In this document: one piece after another, positions 22,479 through 33,225 of the stretch
Layout of the letters: the number at the start of each line of letters is the position of its first letter
How positions within the stretch are numbered: position 1 is the first letter of the stretch
Assembly (NCBI RefSeq): GCF_001194135.2
Contig: NC_068984.1
Location: 75,607,662 to 75,644,176 of the forward strand
Source of the DNA: Octopus bimaculoides
Lineage: Eukaryota
Length of the DNA stretch: 36,515 nucleotides
Reading direction: 5' to 3'
Notes under the pieces: model-generated
Databases searched by the model: none
Seen by the model: the letters and a program-made list of their open reading frames with translations, nothing else
What the model was told of the DNA's origin: nothing
Translations under genes and position numbers: made by a program

Positions 22479-22549
22479 GTTGCTTTGGTCCAATGGTAGA
22501 ACGCTTGTCATGTATACAGAAGGTATGAGTTCGAGTCCCATGGGTAGCT
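22479..22549 (+). pseudogene. tRNA-like pseudogene (Thr-TGT-like)
   Basis: A box tggtccaatgg, B box gagttcgagtc, loop c-a-TGT-a-t; weak acceptor and anticodon stems. Confidence 0.5.
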
Positions 22550-22654
22550 TTCGATGTTTTTATCCATAGGGTTTTGCCCCAATGTTTCTATGCTATTATT
22601 TATAACTCTACCTGCTTCAAGATCCACTGTTCCAAAAAATATTATTTCACGTTC

Positions 22655-22723
22655 TCTGTCGATTTGTTCGACTAAAGGTGGTACTCCAGCATGGCCGTAG
22701 TCAAATGACTGAAACACAAAAAA

Positions 22724-22727
<4 letters not shown>
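22655..22727 (+). mobile_element. SINE family 1, extreme 3' tail
   Basis: tcgatttgttcgactaaaggtggtactccagcatggccgtagtcaaatgactgaaac followed by (TA)n. Confidence 0.85.
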
Positions 22728-22783
<56 letters not shown>

Positions 22784-22789
22784 TCGCTC

Positions 22790-23405
22790 CTTTCTTGTTT
22801 TTATTACGCCGTGGCAAAGCTGGCCTGCCATCTTCAAGGGTTTTAGCTGTTTATAACGATGTGGTTCTTATTCAGTCTGATAATAATTTTTATCAACCAT
22901 TTTATCGAATGGCTAAGTTAATTCGTCGCTCTGCGCACATCTCTAGCATGCGTGTCTGACGGTATCACCATGCCTGTTGAGTTTATTCCGAAACGACAAT
23001 GTCCCACGGTACCACTACCAAGCCAGGGGTTTCTGGAAGTTATCTCTGGGTTCCGACTTGAATTTTTTCCAGAACAGACCAGATGGAACAATTGATTTTC
23101 ATCGACGCCCAGAGTTTTCCCGAGCACACTGTTGCTTTTACCCACCACTAATCCCTAACAGAGCACCATGGCAGAACATCCACTGACAACATTGCCCGAC
23201 GAGGGAAGTGTCCTGGAAGAGATGTCGCAGACTGTGCACCATTAGCTACGGCATACCCAGTCCTCCATGCAGCAAATGTTGACTACCTGGCCAGCGGAAT
23301 CCGCCCACTTCACAGAAACGAAAGAGCAGGTACCCCATTCTTTTGAGCGAGGAAGTGGCGCAAGGCACGATGTTCAGCGGTAGTAGTTGACGGTGCGAAG
23401 TAAGC
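22790..23405 (-). mobile_element. Heavily decayed I-group (I/Nimb/Ingi-like) LINE 3' part: RNase H-like region plus CCHC finger
   Basis: Across frameshifts: STTTAEHRAL...FCE...QWMFCH..GISG...ARE and GHCRF...LNRHG...C*RC...DELT. The alignment is loose and by eye. Confidence 0.45.
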
Positions 23406-23557
23406 ATTTCTCATCACCTTCGCTCGACCCTTAAGGAGCAGTTTCCTAATCGGTCCATATCTGGAAGAAGAAGAAGAAGAAGAAGAAGAAGAAGAAGAAG
23501 AAGAAGAAGAAGAAGAAGAAGAAGAAGAAGAAGAAGAAGAAGAAGAAGAAGAAGAAT
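23406..23557 (+). mobile_element. Short LINE-like 3' end with (GAA)n tail
   Basis: ...ccttaaggagcagtttcctaatcggtccatatctg directly followed by ~32 GAA units. Confidence 0.45.
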
Positions 23558-23616
23558 GATAATNNNNNNNNNNAAGAATGATAATAGTGGCAATAACAAC
23601 AATATCAACAAGAACA

Positions 23617-23647
<31 letters not shown>

Positions 23648-23844
23648 CTACGAGGACGACGACGACGACGACGATGATGATGATGATGATGATGCATTTG
23701 GCTCGTTTGAGATGCAGCGATAATATACAAGTTGAATAACCGCAGCTATGTTACGTTTAACTATGTTCACTTTTTGAAGTTGAGAGTAAACTTTTCCCAT
23801 ATACATGAATGTATGAATACATATATAAAAGGATTGCTAAAGAT

Positions 23845-23987
23845 GGAGGGATAGATAGATAGATAGATAGATAGATACATACATACATACATACATACAT
23901 ACATACATACATACATACATACATACATGCATACATACATACATACATTCATACATACATTCATGCATACATACATACATACACACA
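23845..23987. repeat. (GATA)n-(CATA)n compound tetranucleotide repeat
   Basis: Direct reading. Confidence 0.95.
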
Positions 23988-24129
23988 TCAGGTGATTATT
24001 TGATTGATTGATTAATAGATATAGTTGTTTATTGAAACTAATTGTTTATCCCACGGCTCAGGTTTCACGCAATGCAATTTTCAGGCGCATATAAGAGTCT
24101 GTGTGCGTGTGTTCTTGTATAAATTTGTG

Positions 24130-24197
<68 letters not shown>

Positions 24198-25103
24198 TGT
24201 ATGTGTACATATACATATATGTACATATTTACATGCAAGCATAGTTGTATGCATATATATATATATATATATATATATAGAAGGTATGTAGTCACAGGTC
24301 CAAAACGAGAGAAGAAAGGAGCTGCAATTCCGACATATTAGCTTGAAGATGAAATATTACTTTGAAGTCAACAGGCCTAAATCATTTATTGAAGATTAGA
24401 TCTCATTATGAAAATATCAGCCAATGGATCACCTTAATTTACACTTCAGATTTGTCGCTATTTATCACACTTTGGTTTTTATTCCATTTGTCACACGTTG
24501 GCTTTGATGCCATTTATCACACTTTGATGTGATAAACTGAGTCAATTACTTGACTTCACTAACGTTATTAAACTATGTTATATAGACTATAGACTGCAGC
24601 ATTAGTTGAAGCTACAGTCGCTCGTTCGGTTTTCAAAGTAACAATTTGGTTTGAAAAGTGACAACTGGAAGTGGAACTTCAGGATCGAGTTTTTTCCTAG
24701 TAAATCTAAACATATATTTCTTTCAGATTATTATCCTTAACTTTTGATGCATACACACACACACGTGTGGGTGGGTACGTGTATGTGCGTGTATACATAT
24801 ATAGAAGTATAAAATATTTGTTTTTATGTCAATTGATAATAAATACAATTTTATATTAAACTGAAGGACTACTCGATTCTTTTTGTACAGTAGATGTGTG
24901 TATGTATGTATGTATATATGTATGTATGTATGTTTGTATGTATGTATGTGTGTATGTATGTATGTGTGTGAGTGTGTGTGTATGATATTTTTGCAAGAAA
25001 AACTGATGATAATGGCTTCGTAGTCTTGATTTGCGAGTTTTCACTGGACAATCTGATGAACGCTAACTGTACGAAACTTCGAAGTCACAGTCACCGGTCT
25101 CGC

Positions 25104-25176
25104 TTCTTGATAGTATAATGGTATATATATCCCCGCCTTTAATGCAAGAGAACGAGGTTCAATTCCCACCGAGGAG
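25104..25176 (+). pseudogene. tRNA-Asp(GTC)-derived pseudogene
   Basis: ttcttgatagtataatggt...atccccgcctttaatgcaagagaacgaggttcaattccc aligns to eukaryotic tRNA-Asp (TCCTCGTTAGTATAGTGGT..ATCCCCGCCTGTCACGCGGGAGACCGGGGTTCGATTCCC); anticodon mutated. Confidence 0.75.
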
Positions 25177-25191
25177 GTTAAACTCTTTGGT

Positions 25192-25521
25192 GCAGACGTG
25201 ACTGTGTAGCAAGAATTTTGCTTTAAAACCACATGGTTCCGGTTTAAATCTTACAACTAAAACAGTTTTGTGAGTGGATTTGGCAGGGGGGAAACTGAAA
25301 GAAGCCAGTCGCGCACGCGCGCGTGTGTGTTTGTTCCCCACCACCTCTTGACAACTTGTGCCGGTGTGTTTATGAGCCCGTAGCATAGCAATTCGGCAAA
25401 AGGGACGGATATGATAAGTACAAGGTTTAAAAGATAAGTATTGGGCTGGATTCGTTTGACTAAAATTCTTCAAGGAGATGCTCCAGCATGTGCGCACTTT
25501 AATGACTGAAGCAAGTAAAAG

Positions 25522-25522
<1 letters not shown>
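25192..25522 (+). mobile_element. SINE family 1, old full-length copy with internal deletion
   Basis: aaccacatggttccgg...gaaactgaaagaagcc...ttcggcaaaag...atgactgaagcaagtaaaag. Confidence 0.85.
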
Positions 25523-25552
<30 letters not shown>

Positions 25553-25564
25553 GAGTATGACATT

Positions 25565-25800
25565 AAACTGCATCCAGTGGTGAGGCTCCATTTCGGGAGT
25601 TCTGAAGTTGTGGAGAGCTTGGAGTCACCCCTTAATTACCCTTACTCTCAGAATGGCGTCAATGGATTAAATAGATTTTTGTACGGGTAGATTGAGCTCC
25701 TTAGGTGCGGTGAAAGCAATCAATCTAGGTGAAGGAAAACTCCAGGATAAAAATCCACTTCCAGCATGCCCTAAGCCAGCACAGAAGAGTATGGCTGATA
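25565..25800 (+). mobile_element. Possible RTE-like 5' UTR fragment
   Basis: ggtgaggctcc...ggagtcacccctt...aatctaggtgaaggaaaactcc resembles recalled RTE 5' regions; not verified. Confidence 0.35.
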
Positions 25801-25962
25801 CGACTAACATGAAGTGTGTCCAATAACATAGTATCGTACTACGATGGCAACTATCTATTGTTAGTTCACATTCTGTCGCAGGCGAGGTAGCTGCAAATGA
25901 TGTGTATGAGCAGTGTGTGTGTGTGTGTGTGCGTGTGTGTGTGTGTGTGCGTGTGTGTGTGT

Positions 25963-25993
<31 letters not shown>

Positions 25994-26659
25994 CGTGTGA
26001 AACAAGTAAGATGTAACAGGTGACGATGTAACAAATTAGTAATTTCTGGAGGTAATGAAAAGAATTGACGAAAGACAGACTATACTTATTACAGATTTTA
26101 CGTAGTTACACAACTGCGACGAGTTGGAAGAAAACACAAAAGTTTGTATTGTAGGTAACGATCCGTTTGCATCGAAATTTTTTTATACAATCTGTTATAG
26201 TAGCCTGTCACTGTAAGGAAGGAGGAAGGTAAAGGGGCAAGGCTCGCACCAAGAAGTATGTTAATTTGTGCGTATTTGTGAATAGCAAGCCTCGGCGAAG
26301 CTATTAAAAAGGACAGAAGTAAACTATCTGGAAGTCTCTGAAGGAATCGTCGAAACTTTTTTTGTTCTTTTGTTTTTTTACACAGATATCGCGAAAATAT
26401 ACCTGACTTAAAACCAAACTAAGTCACTGAAATTAGAATTGAACGAATGTGTCTCGATTCACCCCGGCATAACCCAAGAGGTTTACAAATTTAACAGGCT
26501 AATCCAATACGTTTATAAGTGCACCATCCGAGAATAATAGGAATGAACGTGTAGACAGGTTTCGCTCTTTATTTACGAATCCGTTGTATATCTGAAGCAT
26601 ATACGGCGGATAACGCATGTTTTGCGTCTCTGAACATTCCTTCACAGGGCATTGAACAA

Positions 26660-26758
26660 CCCCGGGCTACAGTAGAAGACATTTGCGCACGGTGCCACAC
26701 GATGAGACTGAACTAAAGCCACATGGTTGCAAAGAGAGACTCTCAACAACACAGTCGT
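26660..26758 (-). mobile_element. SINE family 1 head remnant
   Basis: gggctacagtagaagacatttgcgcacggtgccacac...ccacatggttgc. Confidence 0.7.
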
Positions 26759-26786
26759 ATCCTAACGTTAATACCCACTATATTCA

Positions 26787-26829
<43 letters not shown>

Positions 26830-26931
26830 TTCACTCCAGCTCGCAATATATAGAAAATAAGTGACACCTACTCACTCATCTTGCAACAAGCAAATTAGCT
26901 AGTTATGCGTGCGCGCGTGCGCGTGTGTGTA

Positions 26932-27511
26932 GGCGCAGGAGTGGCTGTGTAGTTAGTAGCTTGCTTACTAACAACATGGTTCCGGGTAAGTGTCTTCTAC
27001 TATAGCCTCGGACCGACCAAAGCCTTGAGAGTGTATTTGGTAGACGGAAACTGAAAGAANNNNNNNNNNNNNNNNNNNNNNNNNNNNNNNNNNNNNNNNN
27101 NNNNNNNNNNNNNNNNNNNNNNNNNNNNNNNNNNNNNNNNNNNNNNNNNNNNNNNNNNNNNNNNNNNNNNNNNNNNNNNNNNNNNNNNNNNNNNNNNNNN
27201 NNNNNNNNNNNNNNNNNNNNNNNNNNNNNNNNNNNNNNNNNNNNNNNNNNNNNNNNNNNNNNNNNNNNNNNNNNNNNNNNNNNNNNNNNNNNNNNNNNNN
27301 NNNNNNNNNNNNNNNNNNNNNNNNNNNNNNNNNNNNNNNNNNNNNNNNNNNNNNNNNNNNNNNNNNNNNNNNNNNNNNNNNNNNNNNNNNNNNNNNNNNN
27401 NNNNNNNNNTACAAAGAATAAGACCTGGGATCGATTTGCTCGACTAAAGGCGGTGCTCCAGCTTATCCGCAGTCAAGATGACTGAAACAAATAAAACAAT
27501 AAAAAATAAAA

Positions 27512-27514
<3 letters not shown>
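26932..27514 (+). mobile_element. SINE family 1, spanning the N gap where the central microsatellite lies
   Basis: Head ggcgcaggagtggctgtg...gaaactgaaagaa | gap | tacaaagaataag...gactgaaac tail. Confidence 0.88.
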
Positions 27515-27549
<35 letters not shown>

Positions 27550-27903
27550 AATCACTGATTAACATGTGAGAAACTTATGACCAAAGGCATAATATGATTT
27601 TTTTTTTAAATATACATCTAAATAAGTGTCTGACGATGATTTGTTTCGTAATCTCAACATAAATCGTGGGTGCATTATTCATAATGATGTGTTGTGTGTG
27701 GGGGGGGGTGTAACTTTGTGTGTGTGGCTGTGTAGAATATATATATATGCATATATACATGTATATACATACATATGTATCTATAATATGTAAGTATGTG
27801 TATATATATAGTTTAAATTTATAGAAAAACAAAGACGAAGACAGGTGTAGGAACAATATATATGTGTATATATAAATAAATATATACACACATACATATA
27901 TAT

Positions 27904-28152
27904 CATTGTTATTATGCAAAAGTGTCGTAAGTCCAAAACGTTGCTTTTTCCGAAAACGAAAATGTAGTTTCACCATTCCATAGCAAAACATTTGTACTAC
28001 ACTTTGACAATTTTTTATATCTTGGCAATTGAAGCAGCTGGAGATACGATAATTTGACCAAAAGAACCAGCTTTTGCAAGCAAAAATAAATAATGAAAAA
28101 AAGACGCATTTGGCTAAATTTGGTCATGCGACAGTTTAACATAATAACAACG
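27904..28152. mobile_element. MITE-like element with ~34 bp imperfect terminal inverted repeats
   Basis: Left cattgttattatgcaaaagtgtcgtaagtccaaa vs reverse complement of right end cgttgttattatgttaaactgtcgcatgaccaaa; embedded in TA-rich repeats. Confidence 0.65.
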
Positions 28153-28159
28153 AATATAT

Positions 28160-28369
28160 ATATGTATGTGTGTTTGTGTGTGTGTATAATAGTAATGAAT
28201 ACATATATGTGTGTGTGTATAATAGTAATGAATACATATATGTGTGTGTGTATATATATATATATATATAATAGTAATGAATATATATGTGTANNNNNNN
28301 NNNTATATATATATAATAGTAATGAATATATATGTGTATATATATATATATATAATAGTAATGAATACA

Positions 28370-28410
<41 letters not shown>
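28160..28410. repeat. Minisatellite: ATAATAGTAATGAATA core x5 separated by variable TA/TG runs
   Basis: Direct reading; includes a 10-N gap. Confidence 0.85.
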
Positions 28411-28412
<2 letters not shown>

Positions 28413-28605
28413 ACACCTCGAGAGATCTTTATAAACATTTACTCAGGTACACATACATATCCACATATAAACAAGCGCGCGCATACACATTCACGCATAT
28501 ACACAGAAACAAACAGACAGCAAAACACAAACAATTCTGACCGATTTCATTACCGTGTGGACAGCCATACTTACATGTGCTTGTAAGGTCACATCCGCGA
28601 ACATA

Positions 28606-28838
28606 ATGCGTTGTTGTTTGATCCTTCTTGAGCCATGCCGGTTTCCCGGTTTCATTGGTTCCCCACCTGAACAGACGCCGGTCCGTCAAAGATGAGCTGC
28701 TAGAACCATGAGGAAAGAATGAGAGGAAGTTGGTATCAGTGTAGTTCTGGTGTTTCGGTCATCCCTCGATTTGAGATTCGAACCCGCGATCCCTCGACCG
28801 CGAATCCGCTGCTCTAACCACTTGGCCATGTGCCTCCG
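28606..28838 (-). mobile_element. tRNA-derived SINE family 4 (internally deleted)
   Basis: Minus: ggaggcacatggccaagtggttagagcagcggattcgcggtcgagggatcgcgggttcgaatc (A/B boxes)...gacggaccggcgtctgttcaggtgggg...gcatggctcaagaagg. Confidence 0.75.
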
Positions 28839-29334
28839 CACATAATGGTTTAGCGTACAGAAATATATACAAATGTATGCAAATGTAAGCCACTCCACAA
28901 GGACACGTTTTCATAATCTCATGTACTTTTAACGCTTTCTGTTATTAAACCGCATAGTTCAATAATTATTCCGCAAACTTTGTACCACCAATATTTATTC
29001 ATTTATTTAATCATGTATTTATGCATTTATGTATTTATGAGACTTTTCCAACTTTTATATCATTTAATATATTTTTCATTATATTTTTCCTATGTCTCTG
29101 GTGATAACATTTAATATGTAACCATTCCTACTACGAATTTATACTGATTGTTAACCATTTCTTGAATTATTGCTAAATAATTATTCTGCATTCTTTATTT
29201 GACGCATAAATTTTATAAATTCTCATGTTTATATATTTTTTATATATTGACGCAGGTTTGCTTACGATCAACAATGTTCTGGGTTTCATTCGGTTTCTTT
29301 GTTTCGGGTTCCTTGGGCACGTATCTTCAAATAT

Positions 29335-29395
29335 AGACCCGGACCGACCAAAGCCTTATCAGTAGATTTAGGATTTAGTGGACGGAAACTGAAAG
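29335..29395 (+). mobile_element. SINE family 1 internal fragment
   Basis: ggaccgaccaaagcctt...gacggaaactgaaag followed by (TA)n. Confidence 0.7.
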
Positions 29396-30787
29396 TATAT
29401 ATATATATATATATATATATCTAATTCCCTTTTTCTCCCTTTCACCGTTTTCTATCTGTCTCTCTCTTCCTCTTTCTCCTTTTCTCACTCTCTCGTTGCT
29501 CACACGTAACCATCGCCCATCTTTCTTTTTCTCGCGTAACCATCTTTCTTTTCCTCCAGGACGTCCAAAGGACTGGATGTCTTCTATATCTCTCACTTCT
29601 ATCTTTTCTATTTTCAAAGAAAATATATCTCCAGCGTTCGCTATTTTACCCTCGTTCCGATCTAACGATCCTCTACGTTTGTTTTCATTCGATTTCTTTG
29701 TATGTCTCCACGGTCCTGTTTTTGTTCCCAACTTTGACCCTCCATAAATCCAAAATTTTATTTTGGTATTTATGGGATCAACTGTCTTTGAAGGCTCATA
29801 TTGTCATTCAATGCTCGAAATTAGGAGTCGATAGACAGCCGACTACTGATGAAGGATCGTTCTTTGTGTTACTTGTCCTGCTTTCCATTTCTTTCTCTCG
29901 TTGTTTACGTATTTAACTCATTTGTTTTCGTATTTCACGTTGTTTACTGCTGGTGAATTCCTGTACCCATATATATATATATATATATANNNNNNNNNNN
30001 NNNNNNNNNNNNNNNNNNNNNNNNNNNNNNNNNNNNNNNNNNNNNNNNNNNNNNNNNNNNNNNNNNNNNNNNNNNNNNNNNNNNNNNNNNNNNNNNNNNN
30101 NNNNNNNNNNNNNNNNNNNNNNNNNNNNNNNNNNNNNNNNNNNNNNNNNNNNNNNNNNNNNNNNNNNNNNNNNNNNNNNNNNNNNNNNNNNNNNNNNNNN
30201 NNNNNNNNNNNNNNNNNNNNNNNNNNNNNNNNNNNNNNNNNNNNNNNNNNNNNNNNNNNNNNNNNNNNNNNNNNNNNNNNNNNNNNNNNNNNNNNNNNNN
30301 NNNNNNNNNNNNNNNNNNNNNNNNNNNNNNNNNNNNNNNNNNNNNNNNNNNNNNNNNNNNNNNNNNNNNNNNNNNNNNNNNNNNNNNNNNNNNNNNNNNN
30401 NNNNNNNNNNNNNNNNNNNNNNNNNNNNNNNNNNNNNNNNNNNNNNNNNNNNNNNNNNNNNNNNNNNNNNNNNNNNNNNNNNNNNNNNNNNNNNNNNNNN
30501 NNNNNNNNNNNNNNNNNNNNNNNNNNNNNNNNNNNNNNNNNNNNNNNNNNNNNNNNNNNNNNNNNNNNNNNNNNNNNNNNNNNNNNNNNNNNNNNNNNNN
30601 NNNNNNNNNNNNNNNNNNNNNNNNNNNNNNNNNNNNNNNNNNNNNNNNNNNNNNNNNNNNNNNNNNNNNNNNNNNNNNNNNNNNNNNNNNNNNNNNNNNN
30701 NNNNNNNNNNNNNNNNNNNNNNNNNNNNNNNNNNNNNNNNNNNNNNNNNNNNNNNNNNNNNNNNNNNNNNNNNNNNNNNNNNNNNNN

Positions 30788-30820
<33 letters not shown>

Positions 30821-31139
30821 GTTTAGATTTATATATTAATTATATCTGTATGTGCTTGTTTGTCTACGTTTATGCGTGACACACTGCATGCACAGAGTAT
30901 TAGCACATAGAATAGAGGCTATGAAATGACCTGCAGCTGAGTTATAGCTGATAGACATAAGCCCCAGCACAGAAACCCTTTAGGTAAATTCCCAGGCAAC
31001 TGTGAAAAAAATATTTGCTACCTTATCACTAAAAAATGAAAATTCCACAAAAAAGGACACACATAACTCGATCTAAAAATTCTTTCATTGGAAAATCTTA
31101 GAACATATCTATTAAGTAAGCACTGGCTTTCACGCCACA

Positions 31140-31512
31140 TATGCGTCTGTGTGTGTGTGTGATTCTGTGTGTGTGTGTGTGTGACTGTCTGTGTGTGTAT
31201 GCACTTCTATATGTTCACATATGTGTGTGTACTTCCATATGTTCCATATGTGTGTGTGTACTTCCATATGTTCACCATATGTTCCATATGTTTGTGTGTA
31301 TACTTCCATGTATGTGTGTATGTACTTCCACATATTCACATGTGTGTGTACTTCCATATGTTCCATATGTGTGTGTGTGTGTGTGTGCACCTCCATATGT
31401 ATGTACTTCTGTATGTTCCATATGTGTGTACTTCCATATGTGTACTTCCATATGTGTACTTCCATATGTGTACTTCCATATGTATACTTCCATATGTGTA
31501 CTTCCATATGTT
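31140..31512. repeat. Minisatellite of ~15-bp unit TGTGTACTTCCATAT with TG expansions
   Basis: More than 15 recognisable units; most homogeneous at 31425-31510. Confidence 0.9.
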
Positions 31513-33146
31513 CATTTATTAACATGAATTTCTGCAAAAAATAATTTCAATAAACACCGTATCTTCATGTTTTCTACTAAAGAAATTCTTATAAATTCTC
31601 ATGTATAATTTTTCAATACATTTTATTTTACGTTTGTTTTTGTTTTCGTTTTTTTTGTTTTGTTTTGTTTTTCTTTCAGGTTGTTATATCCTTCTATGGC
31701 GAACACTAATTATCGCTCGTCGATATGTAGAAATTTTCGTTCCCTATTATCAGCTGGTTGGTCTTTTGGCTTCCTTAAATACAGATTGATCATATATCCT
31801 TATAGAACTCCGAAAATAATATGGCGTTTATAACTGGTTAAATACCTGTGATAACACGCGCGCGCACACACACATACACACAGGAATATATACATATGTA
31901 TATATACATATATACATATATGCATATATATGTATATATACATATATATATATATACATATACATATATACATATATATATACATATATGCATATATATA
32001 TATATATATATACATCTACATATATACATATATGTATATANNNNNNNNNNATATATATATACACACCATACGTGCTTCATTTTTTTGTTTTGAAGAGATC
32101 ACCATCCTTAAACCCATTCCAGTACAATGGTAAATGACTAAATAAATAAATAAATAAATGGTGAATAGGAAGGGGTATCCCCTTCTCTCTCTCTCTTTCT
32201 CTCTCTACCTATCCATCTATCTATCTACCAGCCTATCTACCTACCTATATTTCTATCTATCCATCTTTATTGTCAATGGAACCTCACCCCCCCCCCNNNN
32301 NNNNNNNNNNNNNNNNNNNNNNNNNNNNNNNNNNNNNNNNNNNNNNNNNNNNNNNNNNNNNNNNNNNNNNNNNNNNNNNNNNNNNNNNNNNNNNNNNNNN
32401 NNNNNNNNNNNNNNNNNNNNNNNNNNNNNNNNNNNNNNNNNNNNNNNNNNNNNNNNNNNNNNNNNNNNNNNNNNNNNNNNNNNNNNNNNNNNNNNNNNNN
32501 NNNNNNNNNNNNNNNNNNNNNNNNNNNNNNNNNNNNNNNNNNNNNNNNNNNNNNNNNNNNNNNNNNNNNNNNNNNNNNNNNNNNNNNNNNNNNNNNNNNN
32601 NNNNNNNNNNNNNNNNNNNNNNNNNNNNNNNNNNNNNNNNNNNNNNNNNNNNNNNNNNNNNNNNNNNNNNNNNNNNNNNNNNNNNNNNNNNNNNNNNNNN
32701 NNNNNNNNNNNNNNNNNNNNNNNNNNNNNNNNNNNNNNNNNNNNNNNNNNNNNNNNNNNNNNNNNNNNNNNNNNNNNNNNNNNNNNNNNNNNNNNNNNNN
32801 NNNNNNNNNNNNNNNNNNNNNNNNNNNNNNNNNNNNNNNNNNNNNNNNNNNNNNNNNNNNNNNNNNNNNNNNNNNNNNNNNNNNNNNNNNNNNNNNNNNN
32901 NNNNNNNNNNNNNNNNNNNNNNNNNNNNNNNNNNNNNNNNNNNNNNNNNNNNNNNNNNNNNNNNNNNNNNNNNNNNNNNNNNNNNNNNNNNNNNNNNNNN
33001 NNNNNNNNNNNNNNNNNNNNNNNNNNNNNNNNNNNNNNNNNNNNNNNNNNNNNNNNNNNNNNNNNNNNNNNNNNNNNNNNNNNNNNNNNNNNNNNNNNNN
33101 NNNNNNNNNNNNNNNNNNNNCATGCATACATACATACATACATACA

Positions 33147-33178
<32 letters not shown>

Positions 33179-33192
33179 CATATATACATATA

Positions 33193-33224
<32 letters not shown>

Positions 33225-33225
33225 C

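Noticed and set aside
28160-28410. CRISPR-like repeat-spacer array
   Set aside because: The spacers are simple dinucleotide runs, the context is eukaryotic and there are no cas genes.
29420-29700. Pyrimidine-rich tract with a short internal duplication (cgtaaccatc)
   Set aside because: Low complexity with no further structure.
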